Positions 42,371 to 53,584 of a stretch of 64,000 bases of DNA are shown here, piece by piece (position 1 is the first letter of the stretch; every line of letters starts with the position of its first letter). The stretch lies in NCBI RefSeq assembly GCF_003018235.1, contig NZ_CP027437.1. The stretch is one strand, 5' to 3'. This DNA is from Escherichia coli. GTDB taxonomy: Bacteria; Pseudomonadota; Gammaproteobacteria; Enterobacterales; Enterobacteriaceae. Under the pieces are notes generated by a model. It saw nothing but the letters and a program-made list of their open reading frames with translations. It searched no databases and was not told the origin of the DNA. The translations under genes and the position numbers were made by a program.

Positions 42371-43084
42371 TTATTTGTTTTGGAAATGTTTGTTTTTTCC
42401 CGGTAGTGATTTGTCAAAAAAGGTGATTAATCGATCACTTAATGGCGTCAGCAACACCCAGGGCAAACCGATCAATATCACGGTCATCGAACCTACAATG
42501 ATGTCAGTAAACCAGTGTGCGCCAATCATTACTCTGGGAAATGCAAAAACCACAAAAATAATAAGGGCGATAAGGCCTGCAACTTTGCCGAAATAACGCC
42601 ACATGAATGCCGAAAAAATAAGCAGCATCATACCATGATCGCCGGGAAAGCTATCTCGTGAGGCATCTTTCGTGGGGACAGAGAGCAGTTCGCTGACGCG
42701 GTTAATATTGGTAAAAGTCAATGTTGGGCTGGCCCGTTTTACAGGAATTAATGCCTGACCCAGCTGGTTTAATACCACTGCAGTTAATAGCATGACCAGA
42801 CCAATAATCACGATACGTCGTCTGCCAGGGGCGTTTTCTTTCAGCCAGAAACTCAGCATCAACATTCCCATCGCCAGCAGAGAACAACCGTCGAAAGCGC
42901 GATTGTTGGTCAATGCAACCAGCCACAAAAAGGCCTTACTTTCGACCAGTTTCTGATTAAAAAAATAAAAAATATCCGCATCAATCGGCAACCAGAATCC
43001 ATGATTAACGGGAATATACCAGGAAAGAAACAGCGCGAGGCCGACAATATTCAACAACACTATTTGCGGCAAATTTTTAATCAT
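42371..43084 (-). CDS. lpxT: Lipid A 1-diphosphate synthase LpxT (YeiU), PAP2 family, about 237 aa
   Basis: Start moved to MIKNLPQIVLLNIVG; PAP2 motifs. Confidence 0.9.
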   Translation of the reverse strand: MIKNLPQIVLLNIVGLALFLSWYIPVNHGFWLPIDADIFYFFNQKLVESKAFLWLVALTNNRAFDGCSLLAMGMLMLSFWLKENAPGRRRIVIIGLVMLLTAVVLNQLGQALIPVKRASPTLTFTNINRVSELLSVPTKDASRDSFPGDHGMMLLIFSAFMWRYFGKVAGLIALIIFVVFAFPRVMIGAHWFTDIIVGSMTVILIGLPWVLLTPLSDRLITFFDKSLPGKNKHFQNK

Positions 43085-43122
43085 ATTTTCTCTAATTATC
43101 TTACTGAAAAACGCAGGCAACC

Positions 43123-44109
43123 TTACGCGGTAGTCGCTAAACGAAGCTTCAACAGCGCGCTCTGCAAGGCATTCCAGTCAGCTTCGCTGCTGGAAATCAG
43201 CTCAATACGGCTGTCCGGTGGCTCAACGTTTTGCGTTTCAATGTGCAGGTCATCGCCCTGACGGTTGATTCGCACCAGCCCTTCGGGAATACGCATCACG
43301 CCTTTGACGCGTTCCACCGGTGCAAGTCGCGCCCATTCCAGAATGCCAATGGTGTCGAATACCGTATCAGCGTCGAATATCCAGCCACAGGCCTGATGCC
43401 CTTGTCCGCTGTTCAGACTGCGACGCCAGCGTTGATGCTCTGGCAGGCTTAACGCTGCTAACCCTTTTTTCACGACATGCTGATGAGAATGCGCGGCGCT
43501 GGCGGGCAACTCGGCTAAATTGCGACGCGGCAAATCCAGAAGATGACCGTCAATTTTCCCATGCTCGCTGTGAATTAATTGCCGATCGCCACCATTTTGC
43601 TGCCACCAGCGCTGTAGCGCTTGCTCACTTTCGGGCGTCGCACGGTCGGATTTATTGGCGACAATGATGTCTGCGGCAGCCAACTGGTCACGGAAGTTTT
43701 CATTGCTGGCGCTTTTTTCGTCCAGCAGCAGGCGTGGATCGAGAATGCACAAGGTGGCGCGCAGATCTATCCACGGTTCATAGACTGGCGCGGTTAAGAG
43801 ATCGAGGATCTGTTTCGGATGGCCCAGCCCGGTCGGCTCTATCAACAAGCGGTCTGGTTTTCCCTGACGCAGTAAGGTATTCAACCCTACCTGCATGGGT
43901 AAACCATTAACGCAGCACATGCAGCCGCCGGGGATCTCTTTCAGCAGTGCGCCGCTATCGGCGAGCAAAGCACCATCAATTCCGACTTCCCCAAATTCAT
44001 TAACCAGTACCGCCCATTTTTCGTTGGGATCTTTATGGGCTAACAGATGAAGAATCGACGTGGTTTTCCCGCTGCCGAGAAAACCGGTGATGAGGTTGGT
44101 CCTGGTCAC
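43123..44109 (-). CDS. yeiR: CobW/COG0523-family GTPase YeiR (328 aa)
   Basis: Walker A GFLGSGKTT, CxCC motif (GGCMCCV). Confidence 0.92.
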   Translation of the reverse strand: MTRTNLITGFLGSGKTTSILHLLAHKDPNEKWAVLVNEFGEVGIDGALLADSGALLKEIPGGCMCCVNGLPMQVGLNTLLRQGKPDRLLIEPTGLGHPKQILDLLTAPVYEPWIDLRATLCILDPRLLLDEKSASNENFRDQLAAADIIVANKSDRATPESEQALQRWWQQNGGDRQLIHSEHGKIDGHLLDLPRRNLAELPASAAHSHQHVVKKGLAALSLPEHQRWRRSLNSGQGHQACGWIFDADTVFDTIGILEWARLAPVERVKGVMRIPEGLVRINRQGDDLHIETQNVEPPDSRIELISSSEADWNALQSALLKLRLATTA

Positions 44110-44226
44110 AACGGCTCCGCAATACTCTGGTAAGTTAACTGAGCGTTAATCCTGGCTAAAAAAGGCAGAAAAGAGAAGGGGAGAGCGGACGAAGGCGAGC
44201 TTCATCCGCTTTAACCGCAGAAATCG

Positions 44227-45693
44227 TTAAATTTTGAGGGTGTTTAATAGCGCCTGATGCGCGCCGAATTGTGAGATTTGTTGCCAGGCTTGTTCGATGG
44301 TCTGCACAAAATGCGGGTTATCTGGCAGATCATCACCGAAAACTTCACGCAGGGAAAGCAGGGCGGTGACGCGTTGTTCACTGCTGCTGCCCGCAACAAG
44401 TTCGCGAATTTTATCGCTAAGCGGATCGCGAACATCAATGGCATTTCCGGCATCATCAACGCCGCTGACGTAACGCATCCAGCCTGCAACGCCTAATGCC
44501 AGCATCGACCAGTCCGTTTCGCGCCCCAGATGTATGCGAATACCTGCCAGCATGCGTTGCGGTAATTTCTGGCTACCATCCATTGCGATTTGCCAGGTCT
44601 TATGTTTCAGCGCCGGATTAGCAAAACGTGCAATTAACTTATCCGCATATTGTGTTAAATCGACATCTTTAATCCGCAGTGTCGGCGCTTGCTCATCCAG
44701 CATTAATGTTCTGGCGGCATGGCGAAATGCGCGATCCTGCATGCAATCACTGATATGGGCGAATCCTGAGAGGTAACCCAGATAAGCGAGAAAAGAGTGG
44801 CTGCCATTAAGCATACGCAGTTTCATCTCTTCCCATGGCAGGACATCATTCACCATTTGTACACCTGCGACTTCCCAGGCAGGACGCCCAGCGACGAAGT
44901 TATCTTCCACCACCCACTGGATAAACGGTTCGCAGCTAATCGCGCAGGGATCATTCACCCCCAGATGCTGACTGATTTCCGCCAGTGATTCGTCGGTTGC
45001 TGCCGGAACAATACGGTCGACCATGGTTCCCGGAAAACTGACGTGTTCTTTTATCCACCCGGCGAGTTCTGGCGAACGTTTTTCTGCCATTCCCAGCACC
45101 GCGTTTTTCACCACATGGCCATTGTCGGGAATATTGTCGCAGGAGAGTACGGTAAACGGTGTAAGGCCGCGCTCACGGCGGCGTTTCAGTGCTTCGACGA
45201 GAATACCCGGTGCGGAGTGAGGTTCTTCAGGGGTTTGTTGATCGTGAATAATCCGCGGATTGCTGGTGTCGAGTGCACCGGTGGCCGGGTCAATACAATA
45301 GCCTTTTTCGGTAATCGTCAGGGAAACAATTGCCACCTGTGGCTCGCAAAATTTCTCAATAATTGCCGCTAAGGAATCCAGTTTTGCATTCAGGCATTCG
45401 TGAACGGCACCGACAATTATCGCCTGATTGCCGTCCGTACCTTTCTCCAGCACGGTATATAAATGGTTCTGTGCGCGGAGCTGGCTCATCAGTTGATCGC
45501 CGCTGAACAAGCTGATCTCACAGATCCCCCAGTCGCCGCCCTGGGCATTCAGCACACGATCGGTCAGTAACGCCTGATGAGCGCGGTGAAAGGCTCCAAA
45601 GCCAAAATGAACGATACGTGATTGCAACTGCTGGCGATCGTAGCGTGGAGCGTGTACATGATGCGGGAGCGTAGCGGAGGCGATTGTATTCAT
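44227..45693 (-). CDS. yeiQ: Mannitol dehydrogenase-family oxidoreductase YeiQ (about 488 aa)
   Basis: Rossmann motif HFGFGAFHRAH; start assumed at MNTIAS. Confidence 0.9.
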   Translation of the reverse strand: MNTIASATLPHHVHAPRYDRQQLQSRIVHFGFGAFHRAHQALLTDRVLNAQGGDWGICEISLFSGDQLMSQLRAQNHLYTVLEKGTDGNQAIIVGAVHECLNAKLDSLAAIIEKFCEPQVAIVSLTITEKGYCIDPATGALDTSNPRIIHDQQTPEEPHSAPGILVEALKRRRERGLTPFTVLSCDNIPDNGHVVKNAVLGMAEKRSPELAGWIKEHVSFPGTMVDRIVPAATDESLAEISQHLGVNDPCAISCEPFIQWVVEDNFVAGRPAWEVAGVQMVNDVLPWEEMKLRMLNGSHSFLAYLGYLSGFAHISDCMQDRAFRHAARTLMLDEQAPTLRIKDVDLTQYADKLIARFANPALKHKTWQIAMDGSQKLPQRMLAGIRIHLGRETDWSMLALGVAGWMRYVSGVDDAGNAIDVRDPLSDKIRELVAGSSSEQRVTALLSLREVFGDDLPDNPHFVQTIEQAWQQISQFGAHQALLNTLKI

Positions 45694-45915
45694 AGGAGTC
45701 ACGTCTTAGTAACGATTGATTAACAATGACAGTGTAAAGTTATATGACAGCAATTGAAATTGGTCTGGATTGTTAATGCGATGAAGTGTGAGGGCGATCA
45801 ATGAACTGGTGAATATTACGGGAGAACTATATTCAGGAAGCGCAAAATAGAAGATTGGTATAATAAATTAAAAAAGGGACAGCCTGAGCTATCCCTTTTC
45901 TGCATGCGGCTGAAG

Positions 45916-46488
45916 TTAGTCAGCACGCCCCATATAACGGCGTTCTTCGATATGGATACGAATTTTTTCGCCCGGGCTTAAGTATTCTGGTACCTGAATC
46001 ACCAGACCAGTGCTCAATGTCGCCGGTTTGTTACGGGCGCTGGCAGATGCCCCTTTGATGCCAGGTGCGGTTTCAACGATTTCCAGATCAACGGTCTGCG
46101 GCAGCTCAAGCGCCAGCAGTTGACCGTCCCAGGTCAGCACCTGCATGTCCGGCATGCCGCCCTCTGGCATAAACAGCAACTCTTCTTCAATCTGATCTTT
46201 GGTGAAGGTATACGGGGTATAGTCTTCTTTATCCATAAAGACATATTCGTTGCCATCGACATAGGAGAAGTCAACGTAACGGCGGGTCAGCGTCACGGTG
46301 TCAACGATATCATCTCCTTTGAAACGCTCTTCTACTTTCAGCCCGGTACGGACATCAGAAAAACGCATTTTGTACAGCGTAGCGGCACCGCGGGCAGTGG
46401 GCGACTGAATATCAATGTCCTTAACCAGCAGCAGTTTGCCGTTGTAATTCAGTACCATACCTTTTTTAATTTCGTTCGCTCTTGGCAT
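45916..46488 (-). CDS. efpL: Elongation factor P-like protein EfpL/YeiP (190 aa)
   Basis: Start moved to [22 protein letters not shown]; track ORF is over-extended upstream. Confidence 0.9.
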
Positions 46489-46642
46489 CGAAAAATTCCT
46501 GTAGTCGAAAATGTCAAAAATATCGCGACAAAGTACTCGCGACGGGCCTTTCGGGCAAGTGGTATTCGCACTTTTGCTGGTGCAAAAAAGGTGGTACTGT
46601 GCGCGCTCATCAATCCGGTGGTTAACCTTAAGAGAACAACGT

Positions 46643-46897
46643 ATGGAATGCCGTCCGGGTTGCGGGGCGTGTTGCACTGCCCCTTCAATTTCCAGCCCTA
46701 TTCCCGGTATGCCAGATGGCAAGCCCGCCAATACGCCCTGCATTCAGCTTGATGAACAGCAACGCTGTAAAATTTTCACCTCGCCACTGCGACCGAAAGT
46801 CTGTGCAGGCTTACAAGCCAGCGCTGAAATGTGCGGTAACTCGCGTCAGCAGGCAATGACCTGGCTTATCGATCTGGAAATGCTGACCGCGCCTTAA
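46643..46897 (+). CDS. yeiW: Small cysteine-rich protein YeiW (84 aa)
   Basis: Start moved to [15 protein letters not shown]. Confidence 0.8.
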
Positions 46898-48075
46898 ACA
46901 TCTTTAATCCGCAGTAAGCAAAACAGAGTGGCGATAATCATCACCATCGCAAACCAGAACACAGCGTGATAATTCCAGATCTCGGCGACGATGCCCGCCA
47001 CTGATCCTGCGATGATCCAGCCCACGCGCGAAGTGTTGGTATAGAGCGTGGTGGCTGAACCTGCCTGACCGGGCATCAAATCCTGAAAATAGAGCATCCC
47101 GATGCCGCCCAGAATGCCAATAAAAATAGCATTAAGCAGCTGCAAGCCCAACAGAATGACAGGTGAATGCGCCATCAGCATTCCTGCGTAAAAACAGACG
47201 CCACCCACGGCAGCAACGCGCATTAAGAAACGCTTACCCAGACGTTTGGCGAAATATCCGGCAATCAACATGGTCGGGATTTCCAGCCCGGCGGCGGTTC
47301 CCATCATCACACCGGCCAGTTTCTCGGGAAGATGCAGTTCGTTGATAATAAATAGCGGCATGTTGATGATGTACAGGCTGTTCGAGCCCCACATCAATGT
47401 ACAAATGACAAACAGCAGCAGCGTATCGCGACGGTTACGGCGCGGCGCTTCAACCGTGCCGGTCGCCAGTGGAAGTTCTTTTTGCATCGACGGTAAAAAC
47501 AGCCACACCATCACGCCGCAAACAATAAACGCTACCGCTGCGCTCAGATACATTACTGTAAAGCTGAAACCCATCGCTAAGGCATAAGCCAGCGGCGGGC
47601 CAATGACCCATGCCAGTGAAACCTGAGCGCGTAAAAAAGAGCTGAACATCACCGCTTCACGTCCGGTTTTGTCAGCATGTTCACGGGCGAGGGCAAACAT
47701 TTGCGGGTTAGCAGTAGAGCCAAAGCTGCTAAGAAAGACGCCAACGAATAGCAAAACAAAGTAGTTGCGATTCCAGGCAAAAAGAGTGCAGGCCAGCACG
47801 CCTAACAGGCAGCAAAAGACAATCAGCGATTTGCGATCGCCGCGCTTATCAGAGCGCCCGGCGAGAAACTGACTTACCAGAATCCCAATGACAGCGCTGC
47901 CGGTAAAGAAGAATCCCACCATCGCCGGGCGGGCATGTACTTCATCAGTAAGAAAAATACTGAGTGTCGGGGTTTGTAGAGCGCCCGCAATACCGGTGAG
48001 AAAGGCAACGATTAAAAACGCCATCGAGGTCAGGTCAAACGATTTCGCGCTGGAGACTGCGGGGGAGTTATGCAT
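46894..48075 (-). CDS. setB: Sugar efflux transporter SetB (MFS, 393 aa)
   Basis: 12-TM MFS profile; synteny. Confidence 0.92.
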
Positions 48076-48343
48076 GCTGGTCGATCACTGGAAGAGGAAG
48101 ACGCGGAGTTTACGCTGCTTGTCAGAAAATAAACAGACAGCGAAATCAAAAGCGCCACGAATAATCAAAATGCCATTTCACTGTTGCTGATTGGCTGCTG
48201 ACGCTGCTGAAATGAAATTGCTGATAACGGATTTTCCCATCAGTAATTAGGAAAAATGACAAAAAATTGTGCAGCACATCAAACTTTTGCTCATAACTTT
48301 ACGGCTTTCCTTGCGTGCTGAAACAGAAGTATTATGCTTTCTT

Positions 48344-48428
48344 GAAACGTTTCAGCGCGATCTTGTCTTTAACCCTAAGCCAGGTTGGCGCTTTTTTTCT
48401 CATAGAAGCTGAATCGTTTCAATTCAGC
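48344..48428. promoter_or_regulatory. fruB promoter region with two Cra (FruR) operator-like palindromes
   Basis: CTTGAAACGTTTCAGC at 48344-48359 and GCTGAATCGTTTCAAT at 48408-48423. Confidence 0.8.
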
Positions 48429-48442
48429 AAGAGAGGAGAACT

Positions 48443-49573
48443 ATGTTCCAGTTATCCGTACAGGACATCCATCCGGGCGAAAAGGCCGGAGACAAAGAAG
48501 AGGCGATTCGCCAGGTCGCTGCGGCGCTGGTGCAGGCCGGTAATGTAGCTGAAGGCTACGTCAATGGCATGCTGGCGCGCGAACAGCAAACCTCTACGTT
48601 CCTCGGCAATGGTATTGCTATTCCACACGGCACTACCGACACCCGCTATCAGGTGCTGAAAACCGGCGTTCAGGTATTTCAGTTCCCGGAAGGCGTCACC
48701 TGGGGTGACGGCCAGGTAGCGTACGTGGCGATCGGTATTGCTGCCAGCTCGGATGAACATCTGGGCCTGCTACGCCAGCTGACCCACGTACTGAGCGATG
48801 ATTCCGTTGCTGAACAACTGAAGTCAGCAACAACAGCAGAAGAACTTCGCGCATTGCTGATGGGCGAAAAGCAGAGTGAGCAGCTGAAGCTCGACAACGA
48901 AATGCTGACGCTGGATATCGTCGCCAGCGATCTGCTGACTCTTCAGGCGCTGAACGCTGCTCGTCTGAAAGAGGCGGGGGCAGTTGACGCCATTTTCGTC
49001 ACCAAAGCTATCAATGAACAACCGCTGAACCTCGGACAGGGTATCTGGCTGAGCGATAGCGCCGAAGGCAATCTGCGTAGCGCGATTGCGGTAAGCCGTG
49101 CGGCAAATGCTTTTGATGTGGACGGCGAAACGGCAGCCATGCTGGTGAGTGTGGCGATGAATGACGATCAGCCCATTGCGGTTCTTAAGCGTCTCGCTGA
49201 TTTGTTACTCGACAATAAAGCTGACCGCTTGCTGAAAGCGGATGCGGCAACGTTGCTGGCGCTGCTGACCAGCGATGATGCGCCGACCGACGACGTGTTA
49301 AGCGCGGAGTTTGTGGTGCGCAATGAACACGGCCTGCATGCTCGTCCAGGTACCATGCTGGTCAATACCATTAAACAATTTAACAGTGATATTACCGTGA
49401 CAAACCTTGATGGCACCGGCAAACCGGCAAACGGACGTAGTCTGATGAAAGTTGTGGCACTTGGCGTTAAGAAAGGTCATCGCCTACGCTTTACCGCCCA
49501 GGGTGCAGATGCTGAACAGGCGCTGAAAGCCATTGGCGACGCTATCGCTGCTGGTCTTGGGGAGGGCGCATAA
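48443..49573 (+). CDS. fruB: Fructose PTS multiphosphoryl transfer protein FruB (IIA-M-HPr-like), 376 aa
   Basis: EIIA-Fru domain then HPr-like domain; synteny. Confidence 0.95.
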   Translation: MFQLSVQDIHPGEKAGDKEEAIRQVAAALVQAGNVAEGYVNGMLAREQQTSTFLGNGIAIPHGTTDTRYQVLKTGVQVFQFPEGVTWGDGQVAYVAIGIAASSDEHLGLLRQLTHVLSDDSVAEQLKSATTAEELRALLMGEKQSEQLKLDNEMLTLDIVASDLLTLQALNAARLKEAGAVDAIFVTKAINEQPLNLGQGIWLSDSAEGNLRSAIAVSRAANAFDVDGETAAMLVSVAMNDDQPIAVLKRLADLLLDNKADRLLKADAATLLALLTSDDAPTDDVLSAEFVVRNEHGLHARPGTMLVNTIKQFNSDITVTNLDGTGKPANGRSLMKVVALGVKKGHRLRFTAQGADAEQALKAIGDAIAAGLGEGA

Positions 49574-50511
49574 TGAGCAGACGTGTTGCTACTATCACCC
49601 TTAATCCGGCTTATGACCTTGTTGGTTTCTGCCCGGAAATTGAACGCGGCGAAGTGAACCTGGTGAAAACCACCGGTCTGCATGCGGCGGGTAAAGGCAT
49701 CAACGTGGCCAAAGTATTAAAAGACCTGGGAATTGATGTCACCGTTGGCGGCTTCCTGGGTAAAGACAATCAGGATGGTTTTCAGCAACTGTTCAGCGAG
49801 CTGGGCATTGCCAACCGTTTCCAGGTTGTACAGGGGCGCACCCGAATTAACGTTAAGCTGACGGAAAAAGACGGCGAAGTGACCGACTTCAACTTCTCGG
49901 GTTTTGAAGTCACCCCCGCCGACTGGGAACGCTTTGTGACTGATTCTCTGAGCTGGCTCGGTCAGTTCGATATGGTCTGTGTCAGCGGAAGCTTACCGTC
50001 AGGCGTCAGCCCGGAAGCGTTCACCGACTGGATGACTCGCCTGCGTAGTCAGTGTCCTTGCATTATCTTTGATAGTAGCCGTGAAGCGTTAGTAGCAGGT
50101 TTGAAAGCGGCACCGTGGCTGGTGAAACCTAACCGCCGCGAGCTGGAAATCTGGGCAGGCCGTAAACTGCCTGAAATGAAAGATGTGATTGAAGCTGCGC
50201 ATGCGCTGCGTGAACAAGGTATCGCGCATGTCGTTATTTCACTGGGTGCCGAAGGCGCGCTTTGGGTTAATGCCTCCGGCGAATGGATCGCCAAACCACC
50301 GTCAGTCGATGTCGTAAGCACCGTTGGCGCAGGGGATTCTATGGTTGGCGGCCTGATTTATGGCTTGCTGATGCGTGAATCCAGTGAACACACACTGCGT
50401 CTGGCGACAGCTGTTGCAGCCCTGGCGGTAAGTCAAAGCAATGTGGGTATTACCGATCGTCCGCAGTTGGCCGCAATGATGGCGCGCGTCGACTTACAAC
50501 CTTTTAACTGA
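49573..50511 (+). CDS. fruK: 1-phosphofructokinase FruK (312 aa)
   Basis: PfkB family motifs (GAGDSMVGG); start overlaps fruB stop. Confidence 0.95.
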   Translation: MSRRVATITLNPAYDLVGFCPEIERGEVNLVKTTGLHAAGKGINVAKVLKDLGIDVTVGGFLGKDNQDGFQQLFSELGIANRFQVVQGRTRINVKLTEKDGEVTDFNFSGFEVTPADWERFVTDSLSWLGQFDMVCVSGSLPSGVSPEAFTDWMTRLRSQCPCIIFDSSREALVAGLKAAPWLVKPNRRELEIWAGRKLPEMKDVIEAAHALREQGIAHVVISLGAEGALWVNASGEWIAKPPSVDVVSTVGAGDSMVGGLIYGLLMRESSEHTLRLATAVAALAVSQSNVGITDRPQLAAMMARVDLQPFN

Positions 50512-50527
50512 CAGCAGGAGAGGCATA

Positions 50528-52219
50528 ATGAAAACGCTGCTGATTATTGACGCTAATCTCGGTCAGGCACGCGCCTATATGGCGAAGACCCTGCTGGGCG
50601 CGGCGGCGCGAAAAGCAAAACTGGAAATCATCGACAATCCGAACGACGCTGAAATGGCGATTGTTCTCGGTGATTCCATCCAGAACGACAGCGCGCTGAA
50701 CGGTAAAAATGTCTGGCTGGGCGATATTTCCCGGGCAGTTGCGCACCCTGAGCTGTTCCTGAGTGAAGCCAAAGGCCATGCGAAACCTTACACTGCGCCG
50801 GTCGCTGCGACAGCACCGGTTGCCGCCAGCGGTCCGAAACGCGTAGTTGCGGTGACTGCTTGCCCGACTGGCGTAGCACACACCTTTATGGCGGCTGAAG
50901 CCATTGAAACCGAAGCGAAAAAACGTGGCTGGTGGGTGAAAGTTGAAACCCGTGGTTCTGTTGGCGCGGGTAATGCAATCACTCCCGAAGAAGTCGCAGC
51001 AGCGGATCTGGTGATTGTGGCGGCAGATATCGAAGTGGATCTGGCGAAATTTGCTGGTAAACCGATGTATCGTACCTCTACCGGTCTGGCGCTGAAGAAA
51101 ACCGCGCAGGAACTGGATAAAGCGGTTGCTGAAGCAACGCCGTATGAACCGGCGGGCAAAACTCAAACAGCGACCACTGAAGGTAAGAAAGAGAGTGCAG
51201 GCGCTTACCGTCACTTGCTGACGGGCGTCTCTTACATGCTGCCGATGGTCGTTGCAGGTGGTCTGTGTATCGCGCTTTCTTTTGCTTTTGGTATCGAAGC
51301 GTTTAAAGAGCCGGGTACGTTGGCTGCGGCGCTGATGCAGATTGGTGGTGGTTCAGCCTTTGCGTTGATGGTGCCGGTACTGGCAGGTTATATTGCCTTT
51401 TCCATTGCCGATCGTCCGGGTCTCACGCCGGGTCTGATTGGCGGTATGCTGGCGGTCAGCACCGGTTCTGGCTTCATTGGCGGTATTATTGCGGGCTTCC
51501 TGGCTGGTTACATTGCGAAGTTAATCAGTACGCAATTGAAACTGCCGCAGAGTATGGAGGCGCTGAAACCGATCCTGATCATTCCGCTAATTTCCAGTCT
51601 GGTGGTCGGTCTGGCGATGATCTACCTGATCGGTAAACCGGTTGCTGGCATTCTCGAAGGGTTGACTCACTGGCTGCAGACCATGGGGACTGCGAATGCG
51701 GTTCTGCTGGGGGCGATCCTCGGTGGCATGATGTGTACTGACATGGGCGGTCCGGTAAACAAAGCAGCGTACGCGTTCGGTGTGGGTCTGCTGAGTACTC
51801 AAACCTATGGCCCGATGGCGGCGATTATGGCGGCAGGTATGGTGCCACCGCTGGCAATGGGCCTGGCAACAATGGTGGCGCGTCGCAAATTTGACAAAGC
51901 GCAGCAGGAAGGGGGCAAAGCCGCTCTGGTACTGGGACTGTGCTTTATTTCGGAAGGTGCAATTCCGTTTGCTGCTCGTGATCCGATGCGTGTGCTGCCG
52001 TGCTGTATCGTGGGTGGGGCGCTGACTGGCGCAATCTCAATGGCGATTGGTGCGAAACTGATGGCACCGCACGGTGGTCTGTTTGTTCTGCTGATCCCTG
52101 GCGCGATTACGCCGGTATTGGGTTACCTGGTAGCCATTATTGCCGGTACGCTGGTGGCGGGTCTGGCCTATGCCTTCCTGAAACGTCCGGAAGTGGACGC
52201 AGTAGCGAAAGCAGCGTAA
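50528..52219 (+). CDS. fruA: Fructose PTS EIIB'BC component FruA (563 aa)
   Basis: Duplicated IIB region (CPTGVAHT) plus IIC membrane domain. Confidence 0.95.
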   Translation: MKTLLIIDANLGQARAYMAKTLLGAAARKAKLEIIDNPNDAEMAIVLGDSIQNDSALNGKNVWLGDISRAVAHPELFLSEAKGHAKPYTAPVAATAPVAASGPKRVVAVTACPTGVAHTFMAAEAIETEAKKRGWWVKVETRGSVGAGNAITPEEVAAADLVIVAADIEVDLAKFAGKPMYRTSTGLALKKTAQELDKAVAEATPYEPAGKTQTATTEGKKESAGAYRHLLTGVSYMLPMVVAGGLCIALSFAFGIEAFKEPGTLAAALMQIGGGSAFALMVPVLAGYIAFSIADRPGLTPGLIGGMLAVSTGSGFIGGIIAGFLAGYIAKLISTQLKLPQSMEALKPILIIPLISSLVVGLAMIYLIGKPVAGILEGLTHWLQTMGTANAVLLGAILGGMMCTDMGGPVNKAAYAFGVGLLSTQTYGPMAAIMAAGMVPPLAMGLATMVARRKFDKAQQEGGKAALVLGLCFISEGAIPFAARDPMRVLPCCIVGGALTGAISMAIGAKLMAPHGGLFVLLIPGAITPVLGYLVAIIAGTLVAGLAYAFLKRPEVDAVAKAA

Positions 52220-52229
52220 TAAAAGGTGT

Positions 52230-52258
52230 GTTACAGGGCAGAAATTTCCTGCCCTGTA
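52230..52258 (+). terminator. Intrinsic terminator after fruA
   Basis: Hairpin CAGGGCAGAAATTTCCTGCCCTG; a second hairpin plus T-run at 52375-52402. Confidence 0.75.
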
Positions 52259-52541
52259 ACATTTGATGAGCGCAAAGGGAATGACCGGTTTGTGAATGTA
52301 ATTTTATGAATTTAAATGGTTTTATCTTTCAGTAGAAACCTGAAACGTTCATCAAACACTAAGGTTATTTCCTCAAGGGCAGATTAATTTCTGCCCTTTT
52401 TTATTGTTCCTGTTCTGTGCATCCCGTCACAAATTCCCCCTTTTTATAATTCAGGTATTTAATCGCGTTTTGTGAGCCTGCTCAAATCTGCCCATTTTGC
52501 CTCTCTGGCGGTAATTTACTTTACGTAAAACATGCATACTA

Positions 52542-52575
52542 TGAGCACATGTTTAAATATGAACACATGTTTAAA
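52542..52575. promoter_or_regulatory. Tandem 16-bp direct repeats TGA(G/A)CACATGTTTAAA upstream of psuK
   Basis: Two copies 18 bp apart, each containing the palindrome ACATGT; about 70 bp upstream of the start codon. Confidence 0.5.
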
Positions 52576-52642
52576 CCGTCTTTGCAGTATCAATATTCTT
52601 GTGGATTGACAGGGTTGGTAATTTTTTACCAGAGGACGTGCT

Positions 52643-53584
52643 ATGCGCGAAAAGGATTATGTCGTAATTATAGGTTCGGCGAATATTGATGTCGCCGGAT
52701 ATTCACATGAATCATTAAATTATGCGGATTCAAATCCAGGTAAAATAAAATTTACGCCTGGTGGAGTAGGGCGAAATATTGCACAAAACCTAGCGTTGCT
52801 GGGTAACAAAGCCTGGCTACTGAGCGCAGTAGGCAGTGATTTTTATGGTCAATCGCTGCTAACGCAAACCAATCAATCTGGCGTTTATGTCGATAAATGC
52901 CTGATTGTGCCGGGAGAAAATACGTCAAGCTATTTATCATTACTCGATAATACCGGTGAAATGCTGGTTGCTATAAATGACATGAATATTAGCAACGCTA
53001 TTACAGCTGAATATCTCGCACAGCACCGTGAATTTATTCAGAGGGCAAAGGTCATTGTCGCGGACTGTAATATCAGTGAAGAGGCACTGGCATGGATTCT
53101 GGATAATGCCGCCAACGTACCCGTATTTGTCGATCCTGTTTCCGCGTGGAAATGTGTCAAAGTGCGCGCCCGTCTAAATCAAATCCACACTCTCAAGCCA
53201 AACCGCCTTGAAGCGGAAACCCTGAGTGGGATTGCGCTGTCAGGGCGTGAAGATGTGGCAAAAGTTGCTGCCTGGTTCCATCAACATGGCCTGAACCGAC
53301 TGGTATTGAGCATGGGCGGCGATGGCGTTTATTACAGCGATATCAGCGGTGAAAGTGGCTGGTCTGCGCCGATTAAAACCAATGTTATTAATGTTACCGG
53401 AGCGGGCGATGCCATGATGGCGGGGCTTGCTTCGTGTTGGGTAGACGGAATGCCGTTTGCCGAATCTGTTCGTTTCGCACAGGGATGTTCGTCAATGGCG
53501 CTCTCCTGTGAATACACCAATAACCCCGATTTATCGATTGCCAACGTTATATCGTTAGTGGAGAACGCAGAATGTCTGAATTAA
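52643..53584 (+). CDS. psuK: Pseudouridine kinase PsuK/YeiC (313 aa)
   Basis: PfkB/ribokinase family motifs (GAGDAMMAG). Confidence 0.92.
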   Translation: MREKDYVVIIGSANIDVAGYSHESLNYADSNPGKIKFTPGGVGRNIAQNLALLGNKAWLLSAVGSDFYGQSLLTQTNQSGVYVDKCLIVPGENTSSYLSLLDNTGEMLVAINDMNISNAITAEYLAQHREFIQRAKVIVADCNISEEALAWILDNAANVPVFVDPVSAWKCVKVRARLNQIHTLKPNRLEAETLSGIALSGREDVAKVAAWFHQHGLNRLVLSMGGDGVYYSDISGESGWSAPIKTNVINVTGAGDAMMAGLASCWVDGMPFAESVRFAQGCSSMALSCEYTNNPDLSIANVISLVENAECLN

